DNA of 53,472 bases from a virus (Duplodnaviria; Caudoviricetes), in IMG/VR virus record IMGVR_UViG_3300025930_000004, positions 1-53,472 of that record. One strand, given 5' to 3'. Positions within the stretch are counted from its first letter, which is position 1; each line of letters starts with the position of its first letter. This document shows positions 1 to 8,010 of the stretch, piece after piece. The translations under genes were made by a program, and so were the position numbers. Under the pieces are notes generated by a model. That model did no database searches. It was not told the DNA's origin and saw nothing but the letters and a program-made list of their open reading frames with translations.

Positions 1-99
1 AGGGTTGCGTGGCGTATTATTTGATGGTACGATATTAGCGCCGGGCTCGTATTCAGCCAGGCACAGGTTTCGACTCGACTTGGGGTCCGGTCAAAACCA
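1..99. repeat. Exact terminal direct repeat (copy 1), circularisation overlap
   Basis: 1-99 is identical to 53374-53472. Confidence 0.97.
5..33 (+). promoter_or_regulatory. sigma70-type promoter
   Basis: TTGCGT(5-10)-17 nt-TACGAT(28-33). Confidence 0.55.
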
Positions 100-107
100 A
101 CCAGTAT

Positions 108-153
108 ACCGGGGGACACAAGCTGCAGGGTCTGTGTCTCCCGGTCTTTTTTT
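108..153 (+). terminator. Intrinsic terminator closing a ~115 nt non-coding transcript
   Basis: ACCGGGGGACACA / TGTGTCTCCCGGT stem followed by T7. Confidence 0.8.
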
Positions 154-204
154 GGTGCAAACACCGGCTTGTGCAGGGCGCACCGGCGCATTCATTGGTA
201 GGAT

Positions 205-248
205 AAAACACAAGCCGCTGATCCACAAATGAAGGATTAGCGGCTTGG
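205..248 (-). terminator. Hairpin, probable minus-strand terminator
   Basis: CAAGCCGCTGATCC / GGATTAGCGGCTTG stem with an A-run on its left. Confidence 0.5.
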
Positions 249-400
249 TCCGTCCCAGCAGGGGCGGCGTTTATGATGATTGGGGTCCGTGCCTCGTCTT
301 GCGCTCCAAACTTGCCTAAAATAATTATCGTAAAGAATAGCCGTTTCCTTCACTTTCGCCTAATGAACTTGTCAGCAATTTGTAAGTATTGGGCCGGGCC

Positions 401-429
401 TTGACGCCAGCAAACTGACGTGCTAGACT
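401..429 (+). promoter_or_regulatory. sigma70-type promoter with extended -10
   Basis: TTGACG-17 nt-TAGACT, with TG immediately upstream of the -10. Confidence 0.6.
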
Positions 430-484
430 GAGTATGCCGGGCCGAACGGAAGCGACCGGCGGTGGTAGTACATAAAAAATCTCC

Positions 485-859
485 AGAACACTCCCCGATT
501 TATCGGGGGGAGGAATGGTAGCTATCTCTCTATCTCCCCTAATTGCTCGAACTGTCGAAAAGTGGTATAATTACTCCTGTGCAAAGGCACCGTGCCCCCA
601 CGGACGTTTCGCACCTTAACAAGAGAAACTTACGGGTTGTCGGCCATAGGTCTGGGCCGACGTAAAAGTTCTCCAGCGTAGAAACCTTCAAGCTATGCTT
701 AGGATTCTACTAACATGCAGAGGGTGGTATATCCGTTCTCTGCGGGCGCTCACCAGTGCGCCTATCGTGTCGATGTCGGTCAACACCTCAGAGCATCGAG
801 GTTGCGACCGGGTTAGTCTTCAGATGCAAGCTCCCCAGCTTTAGCGGGGAGTAACTGAC
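485..859 (+). mobile_element. Non-autonomous IS200/IS605-family mini-element with TnpB omega-RNA-like right end; no tnpA or tnpB
   Basis: Left subterminal hairpin CTCCCCGATTTATCGGGGGGAG (491-512); right end CAAGCTCCCCAGCTTTAGCGGGGAGTAACTGAC ending at 859; GGGCGC..GCCTATCGTGTC motif at 744-771 recalled from tnpB 3' ends. Left boundary is approximate. Confidence 0.7.
543..571 (+). promoter_or_regulatory. Promoter inside the mini-element
   Basis: TTGCTC-17 nt-TATAAT with extended TG. Confidence 0.65.
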
Positions 860-880
860 TTGAGTTCCTCCTGCTGGTTG
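578..880 (+). ncRNA. Structured omega-RNA-like transcript plus flanking guide-like segment (860-~879)
   Basis: At least six consecutive hairpins and no ORF, lying between a promoter and a terminator. Confidence 0.55.
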
Positions 881-883
881 TAT

Positions 884-922
884 AAAAAAGAGAGTCGGCG
901 CTGCATAGGCCGACTCTCTTTT
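884..922. terminator. Bidirectional intrinsic terminator
   Basis: A6-GAGAGTCGGC / GCCGACTCTC-T4. Confidence 0.8.
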
Positions 923-1026
923 ATTGGTAGCACGCACGTTCTTACTTTGTGGCTGCGTAGGCGTGGCAAGGCGGGGCTTTGGCGTGTGGGGCTGCTAGAT
1001 TGTGCGTTGGAACGATTGCGGGCGTT

Positions 1027-1236
1027 CTACGAGGCTTCTGTGGGCTTGGCGTCCGTTTTGGATACAATCCCGTAAATCAGCCGTTGCTCGAAACGCCAAA
1101 AATCGTCATCATCGCCCGTCACCTTCATAAGCGCCTCGATAGTATCCTCGTCAAACCAATGCGATTCAATTAGCTTGGCATAGCTCATCAAATACAACAA
1201 GGTGTCTAGATCGCACCTGATTTTGTAGATTCTCAT
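1027..1236 (-). CDS. Hypothetical protein, repressor operon
   Basis: 69 aa ORF with GGAG/AGG RBS, tightly packed behind the upstream gene. Confidence 0.65.
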   Translation of the reverse strand: MRIYKIRCDLDTLLYLMSYAKLIESHWFDEDTIEALMKVTGDDDDFWRFEQRLIYGIVSKTDAKPTEAS

Positions 1237-1243
1237 TGTGCGC

Positions 1244-1558
1244 CTACTCTCCCTGCATCATTTCCTTCATCAAATCTATCTCTTGAGCTACCATCGATAT
1301 AGCACTTCTCCATTCGTCTTTATCTACCAAAGTTCTCAAATCTTCTTTGTCCCACGCTGGCGCTGTGACAAGATATTGGATGCTTCCGAACAGCTCTCTG
1401 ATTGCCCTGGGAAAATGTTCGGGCCAAAAGATAGCGGCGTATGGCAGATCGGGGGCGTCATCGCTGGATTGCTCGGATAACTCGAAAATCCTGGCAATGG
1501 TGATCAATGCGTTAATCTTGTCATGGCTAGTCAATTCGGTTTCAATTGTGATTCTCAT
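1244..1558 (-). CDS. Hypothetical protein, repressor operon
   Basis: 104 aa ORF in co-oriented array. Confidence 0.7.
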   Translation of the reverse strand: MRITIETELTSHDKINALITIARIFELSEQSSDDAPDLPYAAIFWPEHFPRAIRELFGSIQYLVTAPAWDKEDLRTLVDKDEWRSAISMVAQEIDLMKEMMQGE

Positions 1559-1565
1559 CGTGTGC

Positions 1566-1751
1566 CTATCTTCCGGTGATCGTGAACGTTACCTGTGTAC
1601 TGAAAATAGCCACGATAACCAGAAGAATAAGTAGGCCGATACCAAGCGTGACTCCGCAGGCTGTGCTGCGTTTGCCTATCCGGTAAATGGCATAGGCGCA
1701 GGCGGCCAGGATTGCCACGAAGATCAGGGATGGAACTGGCGTGATGTCCAT
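1566..1751 (-). CDS. Small two-TM membrane protein (superinfection-exclusion candidate)
   Basis: Two hydrophobic helices; AGGAG RBS; directly downstream of the repressor. Confidence 0.65.
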   Translation of the reverse strand: MDITPVPSLIFVAILAACAYAIYRIGKRSTACGVTLGIGLLILLVIVAIFSTQVTFTITGR

Positions 1752-1756
1752 TGTCT

Positions 1757-2005
1757 CTACTCCTGTCCTGGCGCATGACTCATCTTGGCGCGTAACTTCT
1801 TTTCCTCAGTGCCCCATGCCAACACATCGTTAGGCGTGCAGCCTAAGACCTCGACCAGTTTATCCAGATTGGTGGAAGCAAATGAGCCACCAGCAAACCA
1901 CGTCGATATAGTTTGCTTGCTCACGCCGATCTCCTCGGCTAGATGCGCAAAGCGTCTAATTTTTAGTTTGCGCATTTGGGCTTGCACCTTACCCTTTACG
2001 ATCAT
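1757..2005 (-). CDS. XRE/Cro-CI family HTH repressor
   Basis: LAEEIGVSKQTISTW..LDKLVEVLGCTPNDVL; GGAGG RBS before GTG/ATG at 2008/2005. Confidence 0.85.
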   Translation of the reverse strand: MIVKGKVQAQMRKLKIRRFAHLAEEIGVSKQTISTWFAGGSFASTNLDKLVEVLGCTPNDVLAWGTEEKKLRAKMSHAPGQE

Positions 2006-2084
2006 CACCCTTTCCTCCCTTCGTGATTGATGCCTCCTATCTATTATAGTCAATCCGTATGAAATGTAAATACATAGCCGTACT

Positions 2085-2130
2085 TCGTAGGGTAATCGTA
2101 TGGAACAGATTGAACAAAGTGTGCTATAAT
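2085..2130 (+). promoter_or_regulatory. Rightward early promoter with candidate operator
   Basis: TG-C-TATAAT at 2122-2130; TCGTAGGGTAA at 2085-2095 also occurs inverted at 53310-53320. Confidence 0.55.
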
Positions 2131-2229
2131 TCAAGTGTACCAGAACGTTACACGAGCGAACAGAAAACCGGCGCCACCCTAGACAAGTTACGCCGGTTCT
2201 CCGAAACCCTAGCAAAAGGATTCAAAACC

Positions 2230-2535
2230 ATGTTAACCTACCAGTGGGCAGTAACACAAGAACAGCAGGCAATCAGTGACGGTGCGCTGCTGGCGGATGC
2301 ACAAGCGGGATGGGCACTCATTCGCAGTTTGGCCGCAGAAGCCGAGGCGGTGCGTATCGAGACGGACGGGCTATTCGATGCAGGCTGGCCGCTGACGGAT
2401 GCGCAGGTTACGGAGTTGATGGCCGATGCGCCGGCAGATTTTGCCGAAGCCGTGCAAGAGTACGAAGATAAGGGTGCGCAGTACGTGGCGCCGGGGATTG
2501 ACTGGGCAGCTGTTGAGGATGGGGAGTGGAACTGA
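2230..2535 (+). CDS. Hypothetical early protein
   Basis: AAGGA RBS before ATG 2230; acidic 101 aa ORF. Confidence 0.7.
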   Translation: MLTYQWAVTQEQQAISDGALLADAQAGWALIRSLAAEAEAVRIETDGLFDAGWPLTDAQVTELMADAPADFAEAVQEYEDKGAQYVAPGIDWAAVEDGEWN

Positions 2536-2777
2536 TGAACTGGCACATCACGAACCCCTACCGCAAGGACGACTGGACGGTAGACGCAAATGACTTTCTG
2601 GCGGCTGTCAGGTGGGAAGCGGACATGCACGAGGAGATAGCCGCCAAAGCCGCAAACATGGCCGGAGTGCAGCCGGAAGTGTTGGGAGCGATGCGCCTTG
2701 AGGCGGCTGAGTGGCGGAAGCTACAGGCGCAGGCGCAGGCAGGGTCCAGGTTCCACAAGGGGCTGGCGTGGTCGTAG
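2535..2777 (+). CDS. Hypothetical early protein
   Basis: TGATG coupling; GGGGAG RBS. Confidence 0.65.
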   Translation: MNWHITNPYRKDDWTVDANDFLAAVRWEADMHEEIAAKAANMAGVQPEVLGAMRLEAAEWRKLQAQAQAGSRFHKGLAWS

Positions 2778-2829
2778 GGTAAGCGGGGGCGGGCGTGGCT
2801 TGCCCCTTTGACGATAGGAGGATGGGAAG

Positions 2830-3066
2830 ATGGAAACCACAGCTACTGAGTACCCAACCAATCCGAAGTTTTATGCGCTGCGTGTCAACGGCAAAGCCAA
2901 TATTCGCAAAGTAGCCAAATCGCTGCTGGATGCGCAGATATATTTTCAGGTCAATCCAGTCTCAGACGTTGCCGTAATCTTTGCGGTGTTGGACTGGACG
3001 AATGGCAATGGCATCAATTGCCCGGAAGTTTTGCGCCAAGCCCTCCACAAGGCTGTTGGCGAGTAG
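2830..3066 (+). CDS. Hypothetical protein
   Basis: AGGAGG RBS; 78 aa. Confidence 0.65.
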   Translation: METTATEYPTNPKFYALRVNGKANIRKVAKSLLDAQIYFQVNPVSDVAVIFAVLDWTNGNGINCPEVLRQALHKAVGE

Positions 3067-3134
3067 GGCTGTAGACGCCACAAACGCATTTTGCTAGAAT
3101 AGGGGGCCACTGTGCCCCCAGGAGGATAACTAAG

Positions 3135-4211
3135 ATGTTCCAGAAAGCCACAAAGAAAGCCGCAAAGCTCAGAATGTCTATCGCTGGGCCGTCTGGGTCG
3201 GGCAAGACATACACCGCCTTGCTATTTGCGCAGGCTCTTTCTCCGAGCGGCAAAATTGCCGTTGTGGATACAGAGCATGGTAGCGCAAGCAAGTACGCCG
3301 ACCAGTTCGATTTTGATGTAGTTGAGTTATCGAACTTCCACCCGGACAAGTACGTCAAGGCCATCAGCGCCGCTGTGTCTGGTGGATACGAGGTTGTGAT
3401 CCTTGACTCCATTACCCACGCATGGAATGGTCCGGGGGGCATCCTGGCGATAGTCAACCAGAATTTCGGCAAGTGGAAGGACGTACAGCCGGTTGAGCAG
3501 GCGTTCATCGAAGCTATCGTGGGCAGCCCGATCCATATCATTGCCACGATGCGTGCCAAAGTGCAGTATGAGGTTGAGAAGGATACCAACGGCAAGCCCA
3601 GCCCGAAGAAAATCGGAATGGGGGCCATCCAGAGAGACGGAATGGAATATGAGTTTGACATTGCCGCCATGATGGACGTGCAGAACACCATCACTGTCGA
3701 AAAGACTCGCTGTTCAGCCATCCAGGGCGTTGTGGTCAACCGGCCTGACGCATCGTTTATGACGCCCATTCTGCGATGGCTGGCTGCTGGGCCGGTCCAC
3801 CCTGAAGTGCAATTCATGGCCGATGGCCAGCCGCCCGCTGAAGATGAGCAGCCCGCCGAAACCAGACCAGGCCAAATCACTGAGGCGCAGCTTAATACGA
3901 TCCATGCGCTGGGCGTGGCCCTCTACGGTAGCTCGGCCACCTGGGATGCCAAGCGGCCCGGCATCGTGGACGCAACGAGCAGCCACCGCACCAAATCGAG
4001 CAAGGAACTTTGGCAGGCGGAAGCGACTAGCCTGATCACGGTCCTGGAAAAGCGAGTGGTTGCCGAGGCGAAGCGACTCGCCAAGCCGCTGGTTGGTAGC
4101 GGGCAGATTGCCACGGTTGACGAAATTGACCAGTCCTATGGCGTGGAGCTGGCGCAGTCGTTGACGAATTTGCGCAAGGTGATTGAGCAGGCGCAGCCGG
4201 TGACGGCGTAG
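3135..4211 (+). CDS. Sak4-like AAA_24 ATPase (single-strand annealing / recombination)
   Basis: Walker A GPSGSGKT, VDTEHGS, VVILDSITHAW and EYEFD motifs; AGGAGG RBS; TAGACG-17-TAGAAT promoter at 3072-3100. Confidence 0.85.
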   Translation: MFQKATKKAAKLRMSIAGPSGSGKTYTALLFAQALSPSGKIAVVDTEHGSASKYADQFDFDVVELSNFHPDKYVKAISAAVSGGYEVVILDSITHAWNGPGGILAIVNQNFGKWKDVQPVEQAFIEAIVGSPIHIIATMRAKVQYEVEKDTNGKPSPKKIGMGAIQRDGMEYEFDIAAMMDVQNTITVEKTRCSAIQGVVVNRPDASFMTPILRWLAAGPVHPEVQFMADGQPPAEDEQPAETRPGQITEAQLNTIHALGVALYGSSATWDAKRPGIVDATSSHRTKSSKELWQAEATSLITVLEKRVVAEAKRLAKPLVGSGQIATVDEIDQSYGVELAQSLTNLRKVIEQAQPVTA

Positions 4212-4219
4212 GAGGAACC

Positions 4220-4405
4220 ATGAACACTGAATACAGAATCAAGGTTGAAACACTTGCGGATGCAGTGAAAGACTGGCGAGCTGATTTGCTTGGACCTATC
4301 CCCCCTGCAGAGGCAGAGAGGAAACTAGACGAGATTCGGCAACGGTTGGCAGCGATAGAACACACATTACGGGCCATGCTGAGAGATGCGCCACGGCTGA
4401 GATAG
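4220..4405 (+). CDS. Hypothetical protein
   Basis: AGGAGG RBS; 61 aa. Confidence 0.6.
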   Translation: MNTEYRIKVETLADAVKDWRADLLGPIPPAEAERKLDEIRQRLAAIEHTLRAMLRDAPRLR

Positions 4406-4484
4406 CTTGACGGCATAGGGTGCAGGGCCGGGGCGACTCGGCCTTGCTATTTCAAGTTGGCATAAGGAAAAGGAGAAGGGCATC

Positions 4485-4700
4485 ATGGGTTATGACAACA
4501 AGATTACATTCTCTATCGTTGGCACCAGCGAGGAACCAAACTATCCTATCGGTGCGATTGTGTACGCTCTGGAGGACTTGATCAAGCGGCTGAAGGAAAT
4601 CCCGCAAGAGGGCAACGACACAACCGGCAGCCTCACAATGGAAAGCGAGTTCGTAAAGCTGAGATTTTCTTGCAATGATAGACGGTCATGGGTCAAGTAG
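4485..4700 (+). CDS. Hypothetical protein
   Basis: AAGGAG RBS; 71 aa. Confidence 0.6.
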   Translation: MGYDNKITFSIVGTSEEPNYPIGAIVYALEDLIKRLKEIPQEGNDTTGSLTMESEFVKLRFSCNDRRSWVK

Positions 4701-4744
4701 TTAGGGTTGAGAACGTCGATTCCCATTAGGAATAGGAGGGTAGG

Positions 4745-5032
4745 ATGTTAGACGTAACGATATGCGACAGATGTAGCACGGTCATTTTGGGCGAGGATGC
4801 AAATGACGGATTTGGTGCATTTGAGGGTGGTACGCTCTGCAATGATTGCCATTCAGCAATGTGGCTTGATTTATGGGGCAAGTGGGATTGCCCTGTCTGT
4901 GGCAAGACGCACAGAGATCCGAACAAGGTAAGACAGACGTGCTGCGGTAAGTGCGGCTCTATCGTCAAACTGACGGATACGAATACGGAAGGGTGGCGAG
5001 AGGCAAAACCTACGGGCGAGACGGTTGACTGA
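4745..5032 (+). CDS. Zinc-ribbon protein
   Basis: Four CxxC pairs; GGAGG RBS. Confidence 0.7.
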   Translation: MLDVTICDRCSTVILGEDANDGFGAFEGGTLCNDCHSAMWLDLWGKWDCPVCGKTHRDPNKVRQTCCGKCGSIVKLTDTNTEGWREAKPTGETVD

Positions 5033-5093
5033 CTTTGAAAACAGTCCGGCTCATAGAGCATAGCACGCCCAGCCAGGGCGGAAGGGGTGAGCG

Positions 5094-5381
5094 ATGGACG
5101 GGCGAATCGTTTACGATTGGGGGCAACCAATGGGCGTCAAGATTAGCACGGCGGATGACGATGTGAGGCGAGGAGCTAGGAGGGGTGAGGGGATGACAGG
5201 CAGCAAAACGATTTTGGAGCTTGAACGTATGGGGCTAGTGTCCACAGATGCCGAAATTGAACGGCTGCGGGCAGAGCGTGACGACCTCGCCGCCAAGCTG
5301 GAGGCGGCTAACGCTGAGTTGCACGAGCTGCGCATCAAGGCGGGGATGGGAGGGGCGAGGGGCAATCCATGCGAAATATAG
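5094..5381 (+). CDS. Hypothetical coiled-coil protein (start uncertain)
   Basis: DAEIERLRAERDDLAAKLE coiled coil. Confidence 0.5.
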   Translation: MDGRIVYDWGQPMGVKISTADDDVRRGARRGEGMTGSKTILELERMGLVSTDAEIERLRAERDDLAAKLEAANAELHELRIKAGMGGARGNPCEI

Positions 5382-5626
5382 ACTGGCGGCAGGCCCAGGT
5401 CGGCTACTGGTATACGTGGTGCTGCCACCTGGATTTGTCTCAAATCGTGGATGAAACTGATTTGGCCGAATGCCTGGAGGAGTGGGAACTTGATAGCGAC
5501 CTTCCGCCTCACACGGTCTGGAAAACCAGGCGTGATGCGTTGTTGGATATACGAGATCAGTGGACACGTTACCCAGATGTGATAGCAGAAATCGATGCGC
5601 TGTTGGCGAATGACGCCGTTCCTTAA
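5369..5626 (+). CDS. Hypothetical protein
   Basis: 85 aa, overlapping start, GAGGGG RBS. Confidence 0.6.
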   Translation: MRNIDWRQAQVGYWYTWCCHLDLSQIVDETDLAECLEEWELDSDLPPHTVWKTRRDALLDIRDQWTRYPDVIAEIDALLANDAVP

Positions 5627-5646
5627 TGCAACGTTCAGGCAACGCA

Positions 5647-5675
5647 TTGACAGTCACGAACGGACGTGCTATGCT
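5647..5675 (+). promoter_or_regulatory. Near-consensus promoter (candidate late promoter)
   Basis: TTGACA-17 nt-TATGCT with extended TG. Confidence 0.75.
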
Positions 5676-5714
5676 AGGGTGCAGTACGCAGCGTACATAA
5701 GCGCCCTGCCAAAT

Positions 5715-5831
5715 ATGAACGCAGATAACGACGAGTTGCGGCAATTTTTGATTATACTTCGCCAAGCATTGCTGATGATTGTCTCGTGGATCGAGCGTAA
5801 ATATAACCTGAAACAGCCGACAGCTAAATAA
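5715..5831 (+). CDS. 38-aa amphipathic peptide
   Basis: MNADNDELRQFLIILRQALLMIVSWIERKYNLKQPTAK between promoter and terminator; no clear SD. Confidence 0.55.
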   Translation: MNADNDELRQFLIILRQALLMIVSWIERKYNLKQPTAK

Positions 5832-5871
5832 GTGCCAGTACCGTAAGGTCCCGGCAAAGAGTTTACACCAG

Positions 5872-5916
5872 TAGCTCCAATGTTCCCGGTGGGAATGTTG
5901 GAGCTATTTGTTTTCT
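5872..5916 (+). terminator. Intrinsic terminator / attenuator
   Basis: TAGCTCCAATGTTCCC / GGGAATGTTGGAGCTA followed by TTTGTTTTCT. Confidence 0.75.
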
Positions 5917-6036
5917 GACTGGACCCCATTTTTCAGAAGGAGGGGATGTTACTAGCATCCCCTCCCCTGCCCGGTAGAGGGGACGAACCCCCACCGGACA
6001 ATAACATTATACTCCTGCGCCGCCGCCAGCGAAATC

Positions 6037-7035
6037 ATGAAAACAGGTGACTATGCGGGCGATGCAGCGATGCAGCATAGGAGCCACCGGCCCTACCTGC
6101 GCCCGGTCGAATCATGTGCCCCGATACCCATGAGCAGTGCAGAGGCTGGACGTGTGATTATCGCAGCGCCATCCGAATACGATGCGGGTATATCAGTCCA
6201 GGCGCTGCCTCATCAGATAGATGAAGTATCCGAGTCTATCCGTTCCTTTTTTCACCCTGTGCCATTGCTAGGCCGGGTGACGGCAGAGAAGCTTTTCAAT
6301 GAGTTACGTAAGGGCGCCATCGGGTTCTGGTTTATCGGGCATGGTTTATCCGGCTCCTCTGGCGGGCTGGTGCTAAGTGACGGGATTGTGTCGCCTCGTT
6401 CCATCGGGCGCTATCTGGCCATCGCTCGAATCGAGTGGAGCTATCTCAACACCTGCGACAGCGGCGCACTCGTTGAAGCACTCCAGGCGGCGCATGCACA
6501 CGATATTTACGCCAATATTACAGCGGAGATTAACGACTCAGAGGCAACGCAGAACGGGGTGCTGATGTCGCAGGGGATAGCGGACCTCGGCAGCATCAAA
6601 CGGGCTTACAGGTGGGTGGTCAGCGGTGGCCCGTCGAAACTGAGAAGATTCCCCTCGCCAGATGGCGAGATTGCAGAGCAGGACATGGCGGAAAAAGAGC
6701 GAATGCCCCCATACATCCCCATTGATGAAAAGCTGAGAGGGCTGATTGTTGACCATGAAATCAAGCTCGCCCGCCTTGAAGATACGGTGCTTCACAATAA
6801 AGAGTTGACCCTGGATTTTGTTCGTGAGTTGCGGGGAGACATGGCGGCGCTGAAAGAGGAAACCAAGCCATTGGCGCAGGCTGGGCTGCTGGCGCAGTCG
6901 CAGCAAACAGGCAGCGGCGGCGGGAATAGCGCCCGATGGGTGCAGATTGTCGCCGTTTTGCTCATTACGATTCTTTTCGTCCTGGTAATTCTGCTGGTTT
7001 TTGCGGCTGTGGGCGGTGGTTTATTCAGAACATGA
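6037..7035 (+). CDS. CHAT (caspase-like) protease domain with coiled coil and C-terminal TM anchor; start uncertain (6037 or 6130)
   Basis: FWFIGHG catalytic His, GLVLSDG, YLNTCDS catalytic Cys, IND..A motif; long hydrophobic C-terminal helix. Confidence 0.75.
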   Translation: MKTGDYAGDAAMQHRSHRPYLRPVESCAPIPMSSAEAGRVIIAAPSEYDAGISVQALPHQIDEVSESIRSFFHPVPLLGRVTAEKLFNELRKGAIGFWFIGHGLSGSSGGLVLSDGIVSPRSIGRYLAIARIEWSYLNTCDSGALVEALQAAHAHDIYANITAEINDSEATQNGVLMSQGIADLGSIKRAYRWVVSGGPSKLRRFPSPDGEIAEQDMAEKERMPPYIPIDEKLRGLIVDHEIKLARLEDTVLHNKELTLDFVRELRGDMAALKEETKPLAQAGLLAQSQQTGSGGGNSARWVQIVAVLLITILFVLVILLVFAAVGGGLFRT

Positions 7036-7427
7036 CGAAGTACCTGAAGGGTCCAAACTCGTGGCCGCTCTTTCTGGCGTTACTCGCCGTCCCCTATTTC
7101 TTCAGCCCCAAATCCTGGTGGGTGACACTTTTGTTTGCCGAGCTATTTGCAATTTACCTGGCATGGGCTGTGGCTTGGCTTATCGAGTACAACCGCTTGC
7201 AGCGCAAACCGGCTACGCCTCCCTTTGTGATTGCTTTGGGGTCGTCAGGCGTGGCCTTGCTGCTGGGGTCGCTGGCGGTAGCTCCTGATGGGCTATGGAA
7301 TTTCGACGGGCTGCGCATCTATTCACGATGGCTCTGGGGTATCAGCCTGGGATTTATTGCCGTCGCTGTCTACATGGAGTGCTGGCGGGTTTACCTGGGC
7401 GTGCGTGCGCAGGTGGACCACGACTGA
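7032..7427 (+). CDS. Four-TM membrane protein
   Basis: ATGA overlap; four hydrophobic segments in 131 aa. Confidence 0.75.
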   Translation: MTKYLKGPNSWPLFLALLAVPYFFSPKSWWVTLLFAELFAIYLAWAVAWLIEYNRLQRKPATPPFVIALGSSGVALLLGSLAVAPDGLWNFDGLRIYSRWLWGISLGFIAVAVYMECWRVYLGVRAQVDHD

Positions 7428-7449
7428 GATAAGGGAGGGGTAAAGCGCT

Positions 7450-8010
7450 GTGGAAAGCTGGAGCGTGTCCCATAAAGCCTTGCAGCTATTCTGTGCGTCG
7501 TTTTGGGAGACTGCGGACGATTGCCAGTTGATTCTGGATGAAATCGGCATCAGCGGCAGCAGAATCAACCTCTCCGAGCCTAGCATCATGCGCTGGCTCA
7601 GTATCATTCGTGAGTTGATGCGCAAGAACGACGGCTCGATGGGCCGTCTGGTCACTGTGCTGATAAAGCAATATCCAGAGAACAAACAATTGCTGGCCGT
7701 ATGTTCCCCCTGGATCGCAGCCGATCCAGCTATGCGTGGACAGTCTATGCAGCCGGAATCACCGGACGATGTACCACCCGGCGCTGTGCTGGTCAAAAAG
7801 TTCGTCAACGATAATTCTCTCGTGCCCGTGGTAGCGCCGCATGATTTTGCTGATGAGGCCGGGCTGGTTGTCCCACGAATCGACACGCTCTGGGAGGCGA
7901 TGGTTGAAACGGAGCGGCGGCTGAACGAACTGGAGCGGCGCTGGGATGAATTGTACCAGTGGAAAGATTCGCTATTTGGACAGCATACGTCCCAACAGGA
8001 AAACCCATGA
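7450..8010 (+). CDS. EAD1-like (death-like adaptor) domain with C-terminal coiled coil
   Basis: ILDEIGISGSRINL..RWLSIIREL..GSMGRLVTVLIKQYPENKQL fits the EAD1 helical pattern; GGAGG RBS. Confidence 0.6.
   Translation: MESWSVSHKALQLFCASFWETADDCQLILDEIGISGSRINLSEPSIMRWLSIIRELMRKNDGSMGRLVTVLIKQYPENKQLLAVCSPWIAADPAMRGQSMQPESPDDVPPGAVLVKKFVNDNSLVPVVAPHDFADEAGLVVPRIDTLWEAMVETERRLNELERRWDELYQWKDSLFGQHTSQQENP

Noticed and set aside
1-99. 99-bp terminal repeat as a physical DTR of the virion DNA
   Set aside because: Length equals a common assembler k-mer and it falls in the immunity region; best read as a circularisation overlap
5-232. 75-aa ORF at the window start
   Set aside because: Crosses a promoter and a strong terminator; TTG start, no recognisable protein features
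423-473. Minus-strand 16-aa ORF MYYHRRSLPFGPAYSV with GGAG RBS
   Set aside because: Too short, no supporting promoter seen, and overlaps a good plus-strand promoter; kept only as an alternative reading
578-859. tRNA, group I intron or riboswitch
   Set aside because: No cloverleaf/T-loop or recognisable catalytic core or aptamer consensus; ends fit IS200/IS605 better
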